From a virus: 64,000 nucleotides of DNA. Every line of letters starts with the position of its first letter. The first letter of the stretch is position 1. Location of the stretch: the IMG/VR virus record IMGVR_UViG_3300027749_000073, positions 1 to 64,000 of that record, one strand, 5' to 3'. Below, one piece after another: positions 18,554 through 28,561 of this stretch. A program made the translations under genes and the position numbers. The notes beneath the pieces were generated by a model. That model was not told where the DNA came from and did no database searches. It was given only the letters and a program-made list of their open reading frames with translations.

Positions 18554-21500
18554 ATGGCAGACATTGATCTTGACAAGCTAGCAACTGTACTCGGCGAAAA
18601 AATTAGAGGTGGGAATTCAACTATGAAATCCGACTCATCTGGTTTAGATCTTTCAACATTAAAAGGCCAATTTACTGAGCTAGTCGGAACTATTGGTCCA
18701 GTTATTACAGGGTTTTCAAACGTAGGCAAAGGTGCAGACGCGTTATCATCGTCTTTACATCAAGCAGGAAATACAGTTGGCGATTCATTAGGCAAAGGAT
18801 TTAACACGTTTGTTGATACACTTGACGACGGTCGGAACAAACTTCGCAATCAATCAGAAACACTTGGTCAAGACTTTTATGGTCTTAATTCAAAAATAGC
18901 AGGTGCTGGCACTACTTTTGAAGACCATTCAAAGTTAATGCAAGAAGCTAACGGATCATTAAATGCAATGGGTCGCAACTCCGAAGCAGTTAATAATTCA
19001 TTCTTAACTCTACAAGGTAAAGTTCAAGAAAATCCTATTGCAGTAGGTCTCAAAGCAACAAACAACATGAATGAAGCACAGCTCAACAAAGCTGCTGTAA
19101 TATATGCAACTACAAATAAATTAAGTTTACGAACACAAGAAGATTATGATAAAGCTGCTGCAGCAGTTGCTGATTTTGCAAGAGAAGTTGACGAAAATGC
19201 TAAATTAACCGGAAAAAGTCGCGATCAAATCCTTGACGAAACTGCAGCACGCAATCAGTCAATCGAAAGTCAACTTTCGATGAACTTACTTTCTGAAGCC
19301 CAGCAAAAAGGATACGCTCAGACCCAAGGCGCATTAGCAGGAATGGGTAAAAGCATCAATGATGCCGCGTTAAATGTAGCATCTGGTACACGATTAAGCG
19401 AAGAATCTAGATTAACCTTGCAATCAATGGGACCTGCAGGCGCTGAATTTCAACGCGCAGTTAAAATGCAAACTAATGCAACTGACGAAGCTAGCAAAAA
19501 AGAAGCAGCAATTGCAATGGAAAAAGCAAAAGCTGATATCGCTGCTTATCAAAGCACTAAGCAATATGCACAAATGGCAATCAGCGGTAACTCTGATCTT
19601 TCTACACAAATGAAAAAAGTTGCCGGCGAAACACAAGCATTTACCAAGCATGCCGAAGGTGCAAAAGCCGATATATCTGCAGAAAAAGGCGAAAAAGTCA
19701 GTACAGCTGATGCACTTGCTATTGCTAAAAAAGAAGCGCAAGCAGCCCAAGAAGGCAAAGCTACTGACATTAAAACAGGAAAAGAAACAGAGCGTCCTGA
19801 ACTAAAAATGCTCGAAAGCTATAATACCGTTGCTGAAAAAGCTAGAATATCAGCTGCTGGTGCAACTGATGCAATTAGCAAGTACAATACAAAACTCGGC
19901 GAACAACCTGAACTTCTTAACAAAGCAACTGCTGCACTAGAAAAAGTATTTGGTACTGCTAACTCGCAAGCAGAAGCATCAAAAAACATTACCGGTGTCG
20001 TCGATAAAGGAACCGAGGCTGCAAAATCACTGTTACCAAGTAATTCTACTGTTATGCAACCGACAGGTAAACAATCGCTGCCTGGGTTAGAAGATCATGT
20101 CCCTGGTACACCGATTGGCCGCGACACTGGGTCATTAGGTAAAACCGGCAAGTTTATGGAAGACTTTGGTAGTGGCACACTTGCTATGTTACACGGCAAA
20201 GAAGGTGTTATTACCGAAGATCAGTTCAACGAACTTACAAAAGCTTTAGATCCTAAAGCAATGACCGATATTATCAAGCAGTATGCACCGGAACCTAAGC
20301 CAGCAGTCCTGCCAGAATTAAAATTACCCGAAATGCCTGGTGTAAATGCTAAAGAATCTAAGCTCGAACCAATGTTTAAGATGCCAGATATCAGCAAATC
20401 TTTTGATACAATCGCTGAAGATTTTAAATCTTCACTACCAAAAGAAATGCCAGATCTCAGCAAAACATTTGACACTGCACTTAGTGGTTTATCAGATATA
20501 TTGCCCTCGGAGTTTCCTGATCTCAGCAAAACATTTGACACTGCACTTAGCGGCTTATCAGATATCTTACCTACAGAATTTCCTGACATAGGTGATTCAT
20601 TTGATTCGGTAATAGATGATTTTTCTGATATATTACCCACGGAGTTTCCTGATCTAAATAAAACATTTGACACTGCACTCAGTGGCTTATCGGATATAAT
20701 GCCTACAGAGTTTCCTGACATAAGCGATTCATTTGATTCAGTAATGGATGGATTTTCTGATATAATACCCACAGAGTTTCCTGATCTAAATAAAACATTT
20801 AGTACAGTTTCTGACAACCTTACTTCGCTGCTGCCAACTGAATTCCCCGATCTAAATAAAACATTTGACACAACACTTAGTGGCTTATCAGATATTTTAC
20901 CGACTGAGTTTCCTGATATCGGAGGAACATTTAGCACTGCACTTAGTGGTTTGTCGGATATTTTACCAACTGAATTCCCTGATCTAAATAAAACATTTGA
21001 CACCGCACTTAGTGGCTTATCAGATATTTTACCAACTGAATTCCCTGATATAAGTGAGTCTTTTGATTCAGTAATGGATGGATTTTCAGATATTTTACCA
21101 ACTGAATTCCCCGATATAAGTGAGTCTTTTGATTCAGTAATGGATGGATTTTCTGATATAATGCCTACAGAGTTTCCTAACATAGGCGAATCATTTGATT
21201 CGGTAATGGGCGATTTTAAATCTATATTACCTGACGAAATGCCTGACATCGGAGAATCATTTGATTCGGTAATAGATAGTTTTTCTGACATAATGCCTAC
21301 AGAGTTTCCGGACTTGGGTGCAACATTTGATTCTGCAGTCAGTGGAATTTCCGACCTGTTCCCTACAGAAATGCCTGATTTAGGAGACACCTTTGATTCT
21401 GCACTACCTGACTTTGAATCTATGTTCCCTAAAGATTTTAGCATTGGCCCAACGTTTGATAATTTGACTTCGGGATTCGACAAAATGACTGCTGGTATTC

Positions 21501-21757
21501 CTAACGTTAAGGACTTAATACCGTCGTTTGAAACAACACCTCAACCTCCAGAGCCGCCTGTTAAGAAAGCAGAGCCTGCGCCTGTTACACCAGTACAACC
21601 GACTGATCAGATTACTCTAAAAGATGTCCATGCGGCATTATTAGACTTAAATAAGACTATGTCAAAGATGGTATCGCACACTGAATCTATTAGTGATTCA
21701 ACTAAAAAAGGTGCAAACTATGCCGCAAAAAGCACAGGCAATAGAGTAATGGCCTAA
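18554..21757 (+). CDS. Putative tail tape measure protein (gp29-like)
   Basis: 1067 aa, Ala/Gln-rich helical. DFGSGT.AMLHGKEGVI motif. Lies beside the gp26-like gene and before the portal. Confidence 0.65.
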   Translation: MADIDLDKLATVLGEKIRGGNSTMKSDSSGLDLSTLKGQFTELVGTIGPVITGFSNVGKGADALSSSLHQAGNTVGDSLGKGFNTFVDTLDDGRNKLRNQSETLGQDFYGLNSKIAGAGTTFEDHSKLMQEANGSLNAMGRNSEAVNNSFLTLQGKVQENPIAVGLKATNNMNEAQLNKAAVIYATTNKLSLRTQEDYDKAAAAVADFAREVDENAKLTGKSRDQILDETAARNQSIESQLSMNLLSEAQQKGYAQTQGALAGMGKSINDAALNVASGTRLSEESRLTLQSMGPAGAEFQRAVKMQTNATDEASKKEAAIAMEKAKADIAAYQSTKQYAQMAISGNSDLSTQMKKVAGETQAFTKHAEGAKADISAEKGEKVSTADALAIAKKEAQAAQEGKATDIKTGKETERPELKMLESYNTVAEKARISAAGATDAISKYNTKLGEQPELLNKATAALEKVFGTANSQAEASKNITGVVDKGTEAAKSLLPSNSTVMQPTGKQSLPGLEDHVPGTPIGRDTGSLGKTGKFMEDFGSGTLAMLHGKEGVITEDQFNELTKALDPKAMTDIIKQYAPEPKPAVLPELKLPEMPGVNAKESKLEPMFKMPDISKSFDTIAEDFKSSLPKEMPDLSKTFDTALSGLSDILPSEFPDLSKTFDTALSGLSDILPTEFPDIGDSFDSVIDDFSDILPTEFPDLNKTFDTALSGLSDIMPTEFPDISDSFDSVMDGFSDIIPTEFPDLNKTFSTVSDNLTSLLPTEFPDLNKTFDTTLSGLSDILPTEFPDIGGTFSTALSGLSDILPTEFPDLNKTFDTALSGLSDILPTEFPDISESFDSVMDGFSDILPTEFPDISESFDSVMDGFSDIMPTEFPNIGESFDSVMGDFKSILPDEMPDIGESFDSVIDSFSDIMPTEFPDLGATFDSAVSGISDLFPTEMPDLGDTFDSALPDFESMFPKDFSIGPTFDNLTSGFDKMTAGIPNVKDLIPSFETTPQPPEPPVKKAEPAPVTPVQPTDQITLKDVHAALLDLNKTMSKMVSHTESISDSTKKGANYAAKSTGNRVMA
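20380..21420 (+). repeat. Tandem ~66-bp (22-aa) repeat array, about 15 copies
   Basis: Repeating PTEFPDLNKTFDTALSGLSDIL / PTEFPDISESFDSVMDGFSDIM units. Confidence 0.9.
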
Positions 21758-21771
21758 GGAAAAAAATAAAA

Positions 21772-23493
21772 ATGTCTTGGAAAAAGCACTTTACTCCAGT
21801 TCCGACTGGATCAGATTTAAGCCCGTCGGCTAGATCAAATTCGAAAGCAGGACCTGCTCAGACTAACTATTCAAGTTACTTACCTGATGTATACACAGGT
21901 AGTCCTAACCGAGTAGAAAGGTATCAACAGTACGAAGTAATGGACAGCGATCCTGAAGTTAATGCTGCCCTTGATATCCTTGCAGAATTCTGTACAGAAA
22001 AATTAAAAGATGGCAAAAGTCCGTTTACTGTTAAATGGCGAAGCAGAGCTACTAACTCAGAAGTTAAGATTTTAGGTGAGTATTTACAGCAATGGAACAA
22101 GCTACAGCAGTTTGATACTAGAATATTTCGTATTGTTCGAAATGTTTTCAAATACGGTGATGCGTTCTTCATTCGTGACCCCGAGACACAAAAATGGAAC
22201 TGGGTCGACCCTAGCAAAATTGTAAAAATCATTGTCAACGAAAGTGATGGCAAGAAACCTGAACAGTATGTTATCAAAGATCTTGCACCAAATTTTGAAA
22301 ATTTAGTTGCAACTCAAATAACTCCTAATATCAATCCTCGCCAGTCGCAAGGTGGCATGACTTCGGGTGCAGGATACATGGGATCACCTGGCACACAGCG
22401 TGGTGCATCGGGGCCGTTCCCGTCGAGCAGTTCGGGCAGTAGATTTGGTCTTGCCGAAACAGAGCACGCAATTGACGCCGAACATGTAGTACATTTGAGT
22501 TTATCAGAAGGTTTAGACAATAACTATCCATTCGGTAATAGTTTACTTGAAAACGTGTTTAAAGTCTATAAACAAAAAGAATTATTAGAAGACGCTATCT
22601 TAATCTATCGTATCCAACGCGCACCAGAAAGACGTGTGTTTCACATCGATGTTGGTAATATGCCTAGTCATATGGCCATGGCGTTTGTAGAAAGGGTCAA
22701 AAATGAGATTCATCAACGAAGAATTCCTAGTCAAAGTGGCGGAGGACAAAACGTTATCGACAGTGCATACAATCCGTTAAGCATTAATGAAGATTACTTT
22801 TTCCCACAGACTGCAGAAGGCCGAGGCAGCAAAGTTGAAACACTACCAGGCGGTACAAATCTCGGTGAAATTGACGATTTAAAATATTTTACCAACAAAT
22901 TGTTCCGTGGTTTACGCATTCCGAGCAGCTACTTACCGACAGGTGCAGACGACAGTCAAGCAAGTTTTAATGACGGCCGGGTAGGTACTGCATACATTCA
23001 AGAACTTCGTTTTAACAAATACTGCGAACGACTACAGAACTTAATTACTGAATCATTTGACCTTGAATTTAAGCTGTTTATGTACACACGAGGCGTAAAC
23101 ATTGATTCTAACTTATTTGAAATAGAATTTAATCCCCCAATGAACTTTGCAAGTTCTAGACAAAGTGCATTAGACGGCGAACGTATTAACACATTTAATT
23201 CGATACAAGCAATTCCATTTGTCAGTAATCGTTTTGCATTAAAACGTTTCCTAGGACTCACAGACGACGAGATTGCAGAAAACGAGCGTATGTGGGGTGA
23301 AGAAAACGGAAAAGGACAACCGACATTTACTGACGCTGCCGGCGAACTACGTTCGGCTGGGTTATCAGCAGCAGGAATTGAAGGTGATTTAGGCATGGCC
23401 GGAGATTTAACTGCACCCGACGGTATGGGTATGCCAGACGCACAAGGAGCAATGCCGCCCGCAGCACCACCAGTTGCAGCACCTGCGGCATAA
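21772..23493 (+). CDS. Portal vertex protein (T4 gp20-like)
   Basis: LLEDAILIYRIQRAPERRVFHIDVGNMP, EDYFFP..EGRGSKVETLPGG.NLGEIDD..YF..KL.RGLRIP motifs. Confidence 0.95.
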   Translation: MSWKKHFTPVPTGSDLSPSARSNSKAGPAQTNYSSYLPDVYTGSPNRVERYQQYEVMDSDPEVNAALDILAEFCTEKLKDGKSPFTVKWRSRATNSEVKILGEYLQQWNKLQQFDTRIFRIVRNVFKYGDAFFIRDPETQKWNWVDPSKIVKIIVNESDGKKPEQYVIKDLAPNFENLVATQITPNINPRQSQGGMTSGAGYMGSPGTQRGASGPFPSSSSGSRFGLAETEHAIDAEHVVHLSLSEGLDNNYPFGNSLLENVFKVYKQKELLEDAILIYRIQRAPERRVFHIDVGNMPSHMAMAFVERVKNEIHQRRIPSQSGGGQNVIDSAYNPLSINEDYFFPQTAEGRGSKVETLPGGTNLGEIDDLKYFTNKLFRGLRIPSSYLPTGADDSQASFNDGRVGTAYIQELRFNKYCERLQNLITESFDLEFKLFMYTRGVNIDSNLFEIEFNPPMNFASSRQSALDGERINTFNSIQAIPFVSNRFALKRFLGLTDDEIAENERMWGEENGKGQPTFTDAAGELRSAGLSAAGIEGDLGMAGDLTAPDGMGMPDAQGAMPPAAPPVAAPAA

Positions 23494-23501
23494 ATATTAC
23501 C

Positions 23502-23741
23502 ATGATACTTAGAGAATTATTTTACATTGACCCGGACACTAGAAGAGTTGCAAACGATTTGCGCTATGATGCAGCCCGTGACGATACTACTATGCATAGA
23601 GATGATACTCGCAAAACGCGATTAACTCTAAGACAGATTAATGAGCTTAGAAAATCAAGTGAAGCGCATATTCTCGAACAAGAATCAGAACTTGAGTTTA
23701 TTCATTCTATGTATGCAGCACCACCAGCAGCACCGGCTTAA
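23502..23741 (+). CDS. Small conserved head-region protein
   Basis: 79 aa, DTRKTRLTLRQINELRK; preceded by TAAATA at 23491. Confidence 0.7.
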   Translation: MILRELFYIDPDTRRVANDLRYDAARDDTTMHRDDTRKTRLTLRQINELRKSSEAHILEQESELEFIHSMYAAPPAAPA

Positions 23742-23857
23742 TATTTTTAAATTTAATAAATAAAAAACCGGCGGTTTTATCCCATATTTGTATACTTTTA
23801 TATAAGTAGTATTAAATACAATACAGCCTTGTACAAAATAAATCACAGGAGAATTAA

Positions 23858-24688
23858 ATGACAGATCGCGCACAATTTGAAGCTATGCTAGAAGCTTTGA
23901 TCAATGAAGATCAAGAAGCAGCAAGAGATATATTTCACAACATCGTAGTAGCTAAATCTCGTGAAATTTACGAAGAATTACTATCGGAAGATTTTGGAGC
24001 AGAAGACGATGAAGAATCGGACACTGACTCTGAAGAAGACTCTGAAGAAGACGATAGTGAAGCAGACGATGACGAAGGTGAAGAAAACCCATTCGGCGAC
24101 GAAGAAGAAGGTGAAGACGACTTCGGCGGTGAAGAAGACGACATGATGGGCGGTGAAGATGATGGCGATTTAGAAGATCGCGTATTAGACCTTGAAGATG
24201 CGTTAGACGAATTAAAATCAGAATTTGAACAATTAATGGCCGGTGAAGAAGACGAACCAGAACATGACGACATGTTCGGCGGCGATGATGACATGATGGG
24301 CGGCGACGAATTTGGCGCAGACGATGCTATGAGTGCAGCAGGCGACAAAGAATTCCAAGAATTCATGGAATATGTTAACAAAGTTGCATTGCCTAAACAC
24401 GGTGACAACGGTGTTAATAACAAATCAGTTATCGATAACATGAAAAACGACATGGGCGGTACTACTGCAAACATCTTAAATAGTTTTTCAACTGATAAAG
24501 GTGGTACACAAGGTGGATTATTAGACCCATCTACAAAACCACAAACCGGAAATAACATTAACGTTCCTGGTGCAAAATCAGCTACTAATTTAAAACAAGT
24601 TCCAAAAGGCCATGGTGCTGAGAAAAAAGGTTCAGGTGACAACGGTGTAAACACTAGAGACACTTTACCTAGAAGAGGCAGTAAGTAA
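23858..24688 (+). CDS. Acidic prohead core protein (gp67/gp68-like)
   Basis: Extremely Asp/Glu-rich; SD CAGGAG; TAAATA at 23813; sits between portal and protease. Confidence 0.65.
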   Translation: MTDRAQFEAMLEALINEDQEAARDIFHNIVVAKSREIYEELLSEDFGAEDDEESDTDSEEDSEEDDSEADDDEGEENPFGDEEEGEDDFGGEEDDMMGGEDDGDLEDRVLDLEDALDELKSEFEQLMAGEEDEPEHDDMFGGDDDMMGGDEFGADDAMSAAGDKEFQEFMEYVNKVALPKHGDNGVNNKSVIDNMKNDMGGTTANILNSFSTDKGGTQGGLLDPSTKPQTGNNINVPGAKSATNLKQVPKGHGAEKKGSGDNGVNTRDTLPRRGSK

Positions 24689-24691
24689 TCT

Positions 24692-25318
24692 ATGTTACAT
24701 CTCCGAGAAAACCTCAGTTTCAACGAAGCACAAATGATCGTTGAATCTGACGATAAAGAAGGCAAAAGTTTGCACATGAGTGGTATCTGCATCCAAGGCG
24801 GTATCCGAAATGCAAACCAACGTGTCTATCCTGTGAGCGAGATTAGCAAGGCTGTTAAGACCCTTAACGATCAGATTCAAAACGGTTATTCAGTACTCGG
24901 AGAAGTTGATCATCCAGATGATCTAAAAATTAACCTTGACCGTGTATCGCATATGATAACTAATATGTGGATGGACGGTCCAAACGGTTATGGTAAACTA
25001 AAAATTTTACCAACCCCAATGGGGCAGCTAATTAAAACAATGCTTGAAAGCGGCGTTAAATTAGGAGTTAGTTCACGCGGATCCGGCAACGTCAAACCAG
25101 ATGGTTCCGGTGAAGTATCAGATTTTGAGATTATCACAGTAGATATGGTAGCTCAACCAAGCGCACCTGGTGCTTATCCTACACCAATTTATGAACACCT
25201 AATGAATTCAAAAGGTGGGCTTAATGCCTTTCGCATAGCGCAAGAGGTCAAGGGTGATCCACAGGCGCAAAAATATCTCAAAGAGAGCTTATTGAATATA
25301 ATAAGCAACCTCCAATAA
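24692..25318 (+). CDS. Prohead core protease (T4 gp21-like)
   Basis: RNANQRVYP, LGEVDHP, VSHMI, LGVSSRGSG, DMVAQPSAP catalytic motifs. Confidence 0.95.
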   Translation: MLHLRENLSFNEAQMIVESDDKEGKSLHMSGICIQGGIRNANQRVYPVSEISKAVKTLNDQIQNGYSVLGEVDHPDDLKINLDRVSHMITNMWMDGPNGYGKLKILPTPMGQLIKTMLESGVKLGVSSRGSGNVKPDGSGEVSDFEIITVDMVAQPSAPGAYPTPIYEHLMNSKGGLNAFRIAQEVKGDPQAQKYLKESLLNIISNLQ

Positions 25319-25333
25319 TAAGGAGAATCATAA

Positions 25334-26431
25334 ATGTTGGATGCTTTAAAAACATTATTAGAAAACAACGTGATTTCAACAGAGATTAAAGAGTCGATTG
25401 AACAATCATGGGCACGTAAGATTGAAGAAAACCGTGAACAAGTTGGTCAACAACTGCGTGAAGAATTCGCACAAAAATACGAACACGACAAAAACATTAT
25501 GCTTGAAGCAGTTGATCGTATGATCTCTGAACAACTTGCACAAGAAATTGTTGAATTTTCAGAAGACCGTAAAGGTCTAGCAGAAATGAAAGTTAAGCTA
25601 GCTAGAAAAATGACAGAAAGCACACAAATGTTAAACACATTTGTTACTCGTCAACTAGCATCTGAAGTTAGAGAATTGCATGAAGATCAAGTTGCAATTG
25701 CTAACAAGTTCGGCGTTTTAGAAAACTTCATCGTTGAAGCTCTAGCTCAAGAAATTACTGAATTCTATAGAGACAAACAAGACTTAGCAGAAACTAAAGT
25801 ACGTTTAGTCCGCGAAGGTCGTAAAGAAATCAAAAAGGTAAAAGAACAATTTGTTCAACGTGCTGCAACTATGGTTGAAAGTGTTGTTAGTCGATCATTA
25901 CGTGCTGAAATAACTTCATTAAAAGAAGATATCGAATCGGCTCGTCGTACAGATTTTGGACGCAAACTATTCGAAGCTTTTGCTGCTGAATACCAATCTA
26001 GTTACCTCAATGAAAAATCGGAAACTTCTAAATTACTCAAAGTCATAGACATGAAAGATTTAGCTATGCAAGAAGCAGCTGATGCTGTTATAAAAGCAGA
26101 GAAAATACTAGAAAGTAAACAAGCAGAAATCCGTGCGCTGAAAGAATCGCAAGAAAGAAAAGCAATCATGAGTGAACTACTGGCTCCGCTTAATTCGGAA
26201 CAAAGAGCAATCATGGGCGAATTGTTAGAAAGCGTAAAAACTTCTAGATTAAACGAAGGATTCGAGAAGTATCTACCAGCTGTTGTTACGGGGAAAGCTC
26301 CTCAGAAAAGACAGGCACTAGTAGAGGCTAAAGAAATAACTGGAAATAAGACAATTTCCAACACCAATCGTAGCAGCGAGTCAGATGTTAACATCATTGA
26401 TATTCGTAAGCTCGCTGGACTAAAAATTTAA
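25334..26431 (+). CDS. Prohead scaffold protein (gp22-like)
   Basis: Coiled-coil, Glu-rich; between protease and capsid. Confidence 0.8.
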   Translation: MLDALKTLLENNVISTEIKESIEQSWARKIEENREQVGQQLREEFAQKYEHDKNIMLEAVDRMISEQLAQEIVEFSEDRKGLAEMKVKLARKMTESTQMLNTFVTRQLASEVRELHEDQVAIANKFGVLENFIVEALAQEITEFYRDKQDLAETKVRLVREGRKEIKKVKEQFVQRAATMVESVVSRSLRAEITSLKEDIESARRTDFGRKLFEAFAAEYQSSYLNEKSETSKLLKVIDMKDLAMQEAADAVIKAEKILESKQAEIRALKESQERKAIMSELLAPLNSEQRAIMGELLESVKTSRLNEGFEKYLPAVVTGKAPQKRQALVEAKEITGNKTISNTNRSSESDVNIIDIRKLAGLKI

Positions 26432-26443
26432 GGAGAAATTTAA

Positions 26444-27610
26444 ATGTCAGAACTACTTAATGGCCGTTGGGCAGAAACTAAAGAAGCCCTATTAGAAGGC
26501 TTATCAGGCACAAAAAAATCAGTAATGGGAGTTACATTAGAAAATACTCGTAAGTATTTAATGGAATCACCGACTGCAGGTGCTACTTCTGCTGGAAACG
26601 TTGCAACATTAAACCGTGTAATTTTACCGGTAATCCGTCGTGTTATGCCAACTGTTATTGCTAACGAATTAGTTGGTGTACAACCTATGACTGGCCCAGT
26701 TGGTCAAATTCATACATTACGTGTACGTTATAGTGACACAAATTCAGGTGCAGGTGTTGTAGCTGGTGAAGAAGCATTAAGCCCATTCAAAATTGCAGAA
26801 GCATATTCAGGTAACTCTGCAGGTAAAGCAGCATCAACAGCAACATTAGAAGGACAAGCTGGCAACAGAATGTCGATCCAAATCTTGAAACAAACTGTTG
26901 AAGCTAAAACACGTAAATTATCAGCTCGTTGGACTTTTGAAGCTGCACAAGATGCGCAAGCACAACAAGGTATTGACGTTGAAGCAGAAATTATGGCTGC
27001 TTTAGCACAAGAAATTACTGCTGAGATCGACCAAGAAATTATTGGTTCATTGATTACTTTAGCTGGTTCAGCTACTGAAACTTATGACCAAGCAAATGTT
27101 TCTGGCACAGCAACATTCGTAGGTGACGAACACGCTGCATTAGCAATCCAAATCAACCGTGTGAGCAACTTGATTGCACAACGTACACGTCGTGGTGCTG
27201 GTAACTATGCTGTTGTATCTCCATTTGCATTAACAATTTTACAATCTGCTACTACTTCAGCATTTGCTCGTACAACAGAAGGTACATTCGAAGCTCCTAC
27301 AAATACTAAATTTGTTGGTACATTAAACAATTCATTAAAAGTTTACGTAAACAGCTACGCACAAGATACTACTTCTATCTTAGTTGGTTACAAAGGTGGT
27401 TCAGAATCAGATGCACCAGCATTCTACTGTCCATATATTCCATTAATGTCATCAGGTGTTGTTTTAGATCCATCAACATTTGAACCAGTTGTTTCTTTCA
27501 TGACACGTTATGGTTATGTTGAATTATCAAACACTGCGTCATCTTTAGGTAACGCGGCTGACTACTTAGGTTTAGTTGGTATTACTAGCGGAAACGTTAA
27601 ATTCAGCTAA
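26444..27610 (+). CDS. Major capsid protein (T4 gp23-like)
   Basis: VIRRVMP..IANELVGVQPMTGPVGQI, VEAKTRKLSARWTFEAAQD, AFYCPYIPL, FMTRYG motifs; strong codon bias. Confidence 0.95.
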   Translation: MSELLNGRWAETKEALLEGLSGTKKSVMGVTLENTRKYLMESPTAGATSAGNVATLNRVILPVIRRVMPTVIANELVGVQPMTGPVGQIHTLRVRYSDTNSGAGVVAGEEALSPFKIAEAYSGNSAGKAASTATLEGQAGNRMSIQILKQTVEAKTRKLSARWTFEAAQDAQAQQGIDVEAEIMAALAQEITAEIDQEIIGSLITLAGSATETYDQANVSGTATFVGDEHAALAIQINRVSNLIAQRTRRGAGNYAVVSPFALTILQSATTSAFARTTEGTFEAPTNTKFVGTLNNSLKVYVNSYAQDTTSILVGYKGGSESDAPAFYCPYIPLMSSGVVLDPSTFEPVVSFMTRYGYVELSNTASSLGNAADYLGLVGITSGNVKFS

Positions 27611-27636
27611 TTTATACTTAGGTATAACACACTGTG

Positions 27637-27663
27637 GAAAGGCTCTTAGGAGCCTTTCTTTTT
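27637..27663 (+). terminator. Rho-independent terminator after the capsid gene
   Basis: GAAAGGCTC-TTAG-GAGCCTTTC-TTTTT. Confidence 0.85.
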
Positions 27664-27670
27664 GAGTAGA

Positions 27671-27759
27671 TAAATACAAAGTCTAAATGAGCTTGTAAAC
27701 ACAAGACTTATGCTGTGACCCCACAGCGTAGACTTAAAACGTCATTAGGAGAAAAACAA
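27671..27759 (+). promoter_or_regulatory. Late promoter plus structured 5' leader
   Basis: TAAATA 27671-27676, two hairpins enclosed by AAGTCTA/TAGACTT, SD AGGAG 27747-27751. Confidence 0.55.
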
Positions 27760-28512
27760 ATGGGACGTCCTTTACATAAAAAATATTTTGGTAACCGTAA
27801 TATCGGTTCGACAACAACAACTGCTGATGATAAAATTGGCGGTGAAGGTGTAGCAAGCGTGGTTGTTACTGGCACATTCTCAGGTAAAACTACTGCAACA
27901 GATTATGCTATTCCAGCATCAGTTATTTCATCACCAGATTTACCAGACGGTATCAAACCGACTCTAACAATTAGATTTTCATCAGCAACTGCCGGTGCAG
28001 TTACTGTTGTAGACAAAGGTTCAGGTTATTCAGCAGCACCTACAATCTCAGGTGCAGCACTTCAAGCATTAGGTGGCGGTGCTGGTACTGTAGTACTAAC
28101 TGCAGCACTTACAGTTAGTACAGGTTTTGTAGGATCTGCAACTAATCAAGAAAATGCAATTTCAATTACTGCATGGGTTCCTGCAACAGGCGCAGCTGGA
28201 AATATTTCAGGTAACGGCACTAGTGCAGTTGTAGGCGATATTAGACGCCAAGTTGGCAGCAAAAAGTATGTAGTCGAAACTGCGCAAGGCGTTGGCCGTG
28301 TGACTTTAGTTGCAGCTACTCCTGCAACAGGACAAGCAACTATTATTGCAACTGATTCTGCTAGTAATACCTATTATGTTACTAAATTAACTGCACACAA
28401 AGCAAAATTAACAAGATTAAGTGGATCTAGTTATTTGTATGCAACAGGACAAACTGCAAACTGGTCATTTGCTACTGCAAGTGGCGCGATTGTTCAAATT
28501 GCAAACGCTTAA
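27760..28512 (+). CDS. Virion structural protein (head decoration/neck-like)
   Basis: Likely start MGRPLHKKYFG at 27760 (SD-supported) rather than 27715. Thr/Ala/Gly-rich; own promoter and terminator. Confidence 0.7.
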   Translation: MGRPLHKKYFGNRNIGSTTTTADDKIGGEGVASVVVTGTFSGKTTATDYAIPASVISSPDLPDGIKPTLTIRFSSATAGAVTVVDKGSGYSAAPTISGAALQALGGGAGTVVLTAALTVSTGFVGSATNQENAISITAWVPATGAAGNISGNGTSAVVGDIRRQVGSKKYVVETAQGVGRVTLVAATPATGQATIIATDSASNTYYVTKLTAHKAKLTRLSGSSYLYATGQTANWSFATASGAIVQIANA

Positions 28513-28521
28513 TATGCAAGC

Positions 28522-28550
28522 GGAGGGAGATATTTTCTCCCTCCTTTTTT
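28522..28550 (+). terminator. Rho-independent terminator
   Basis: GGAGGGAGA-TATTT-TCTCCCTCC-TTTTTT. Confidence 0.85.
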
Positions 28551-28561
28551 AGGATCTAATA

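Noticed and set aside
20221-21483. 420-aa antisense ORF
   Set aside because: Shadow of the tape-measure repeat array; no RBS, and its composition mirrors the sense codons
23968-24792. 274-aa Ser-rich antisense ORF
   Set aside because: Reverse complement of GAA/GAC/GAT codons in the acidic core gene
27715-27759. N-terminal extension MTPQRRLK.. of the 265-aa ORF
   Set aside because: The GTG start lies inside a leader hairpin; the SD supports ATG 27760
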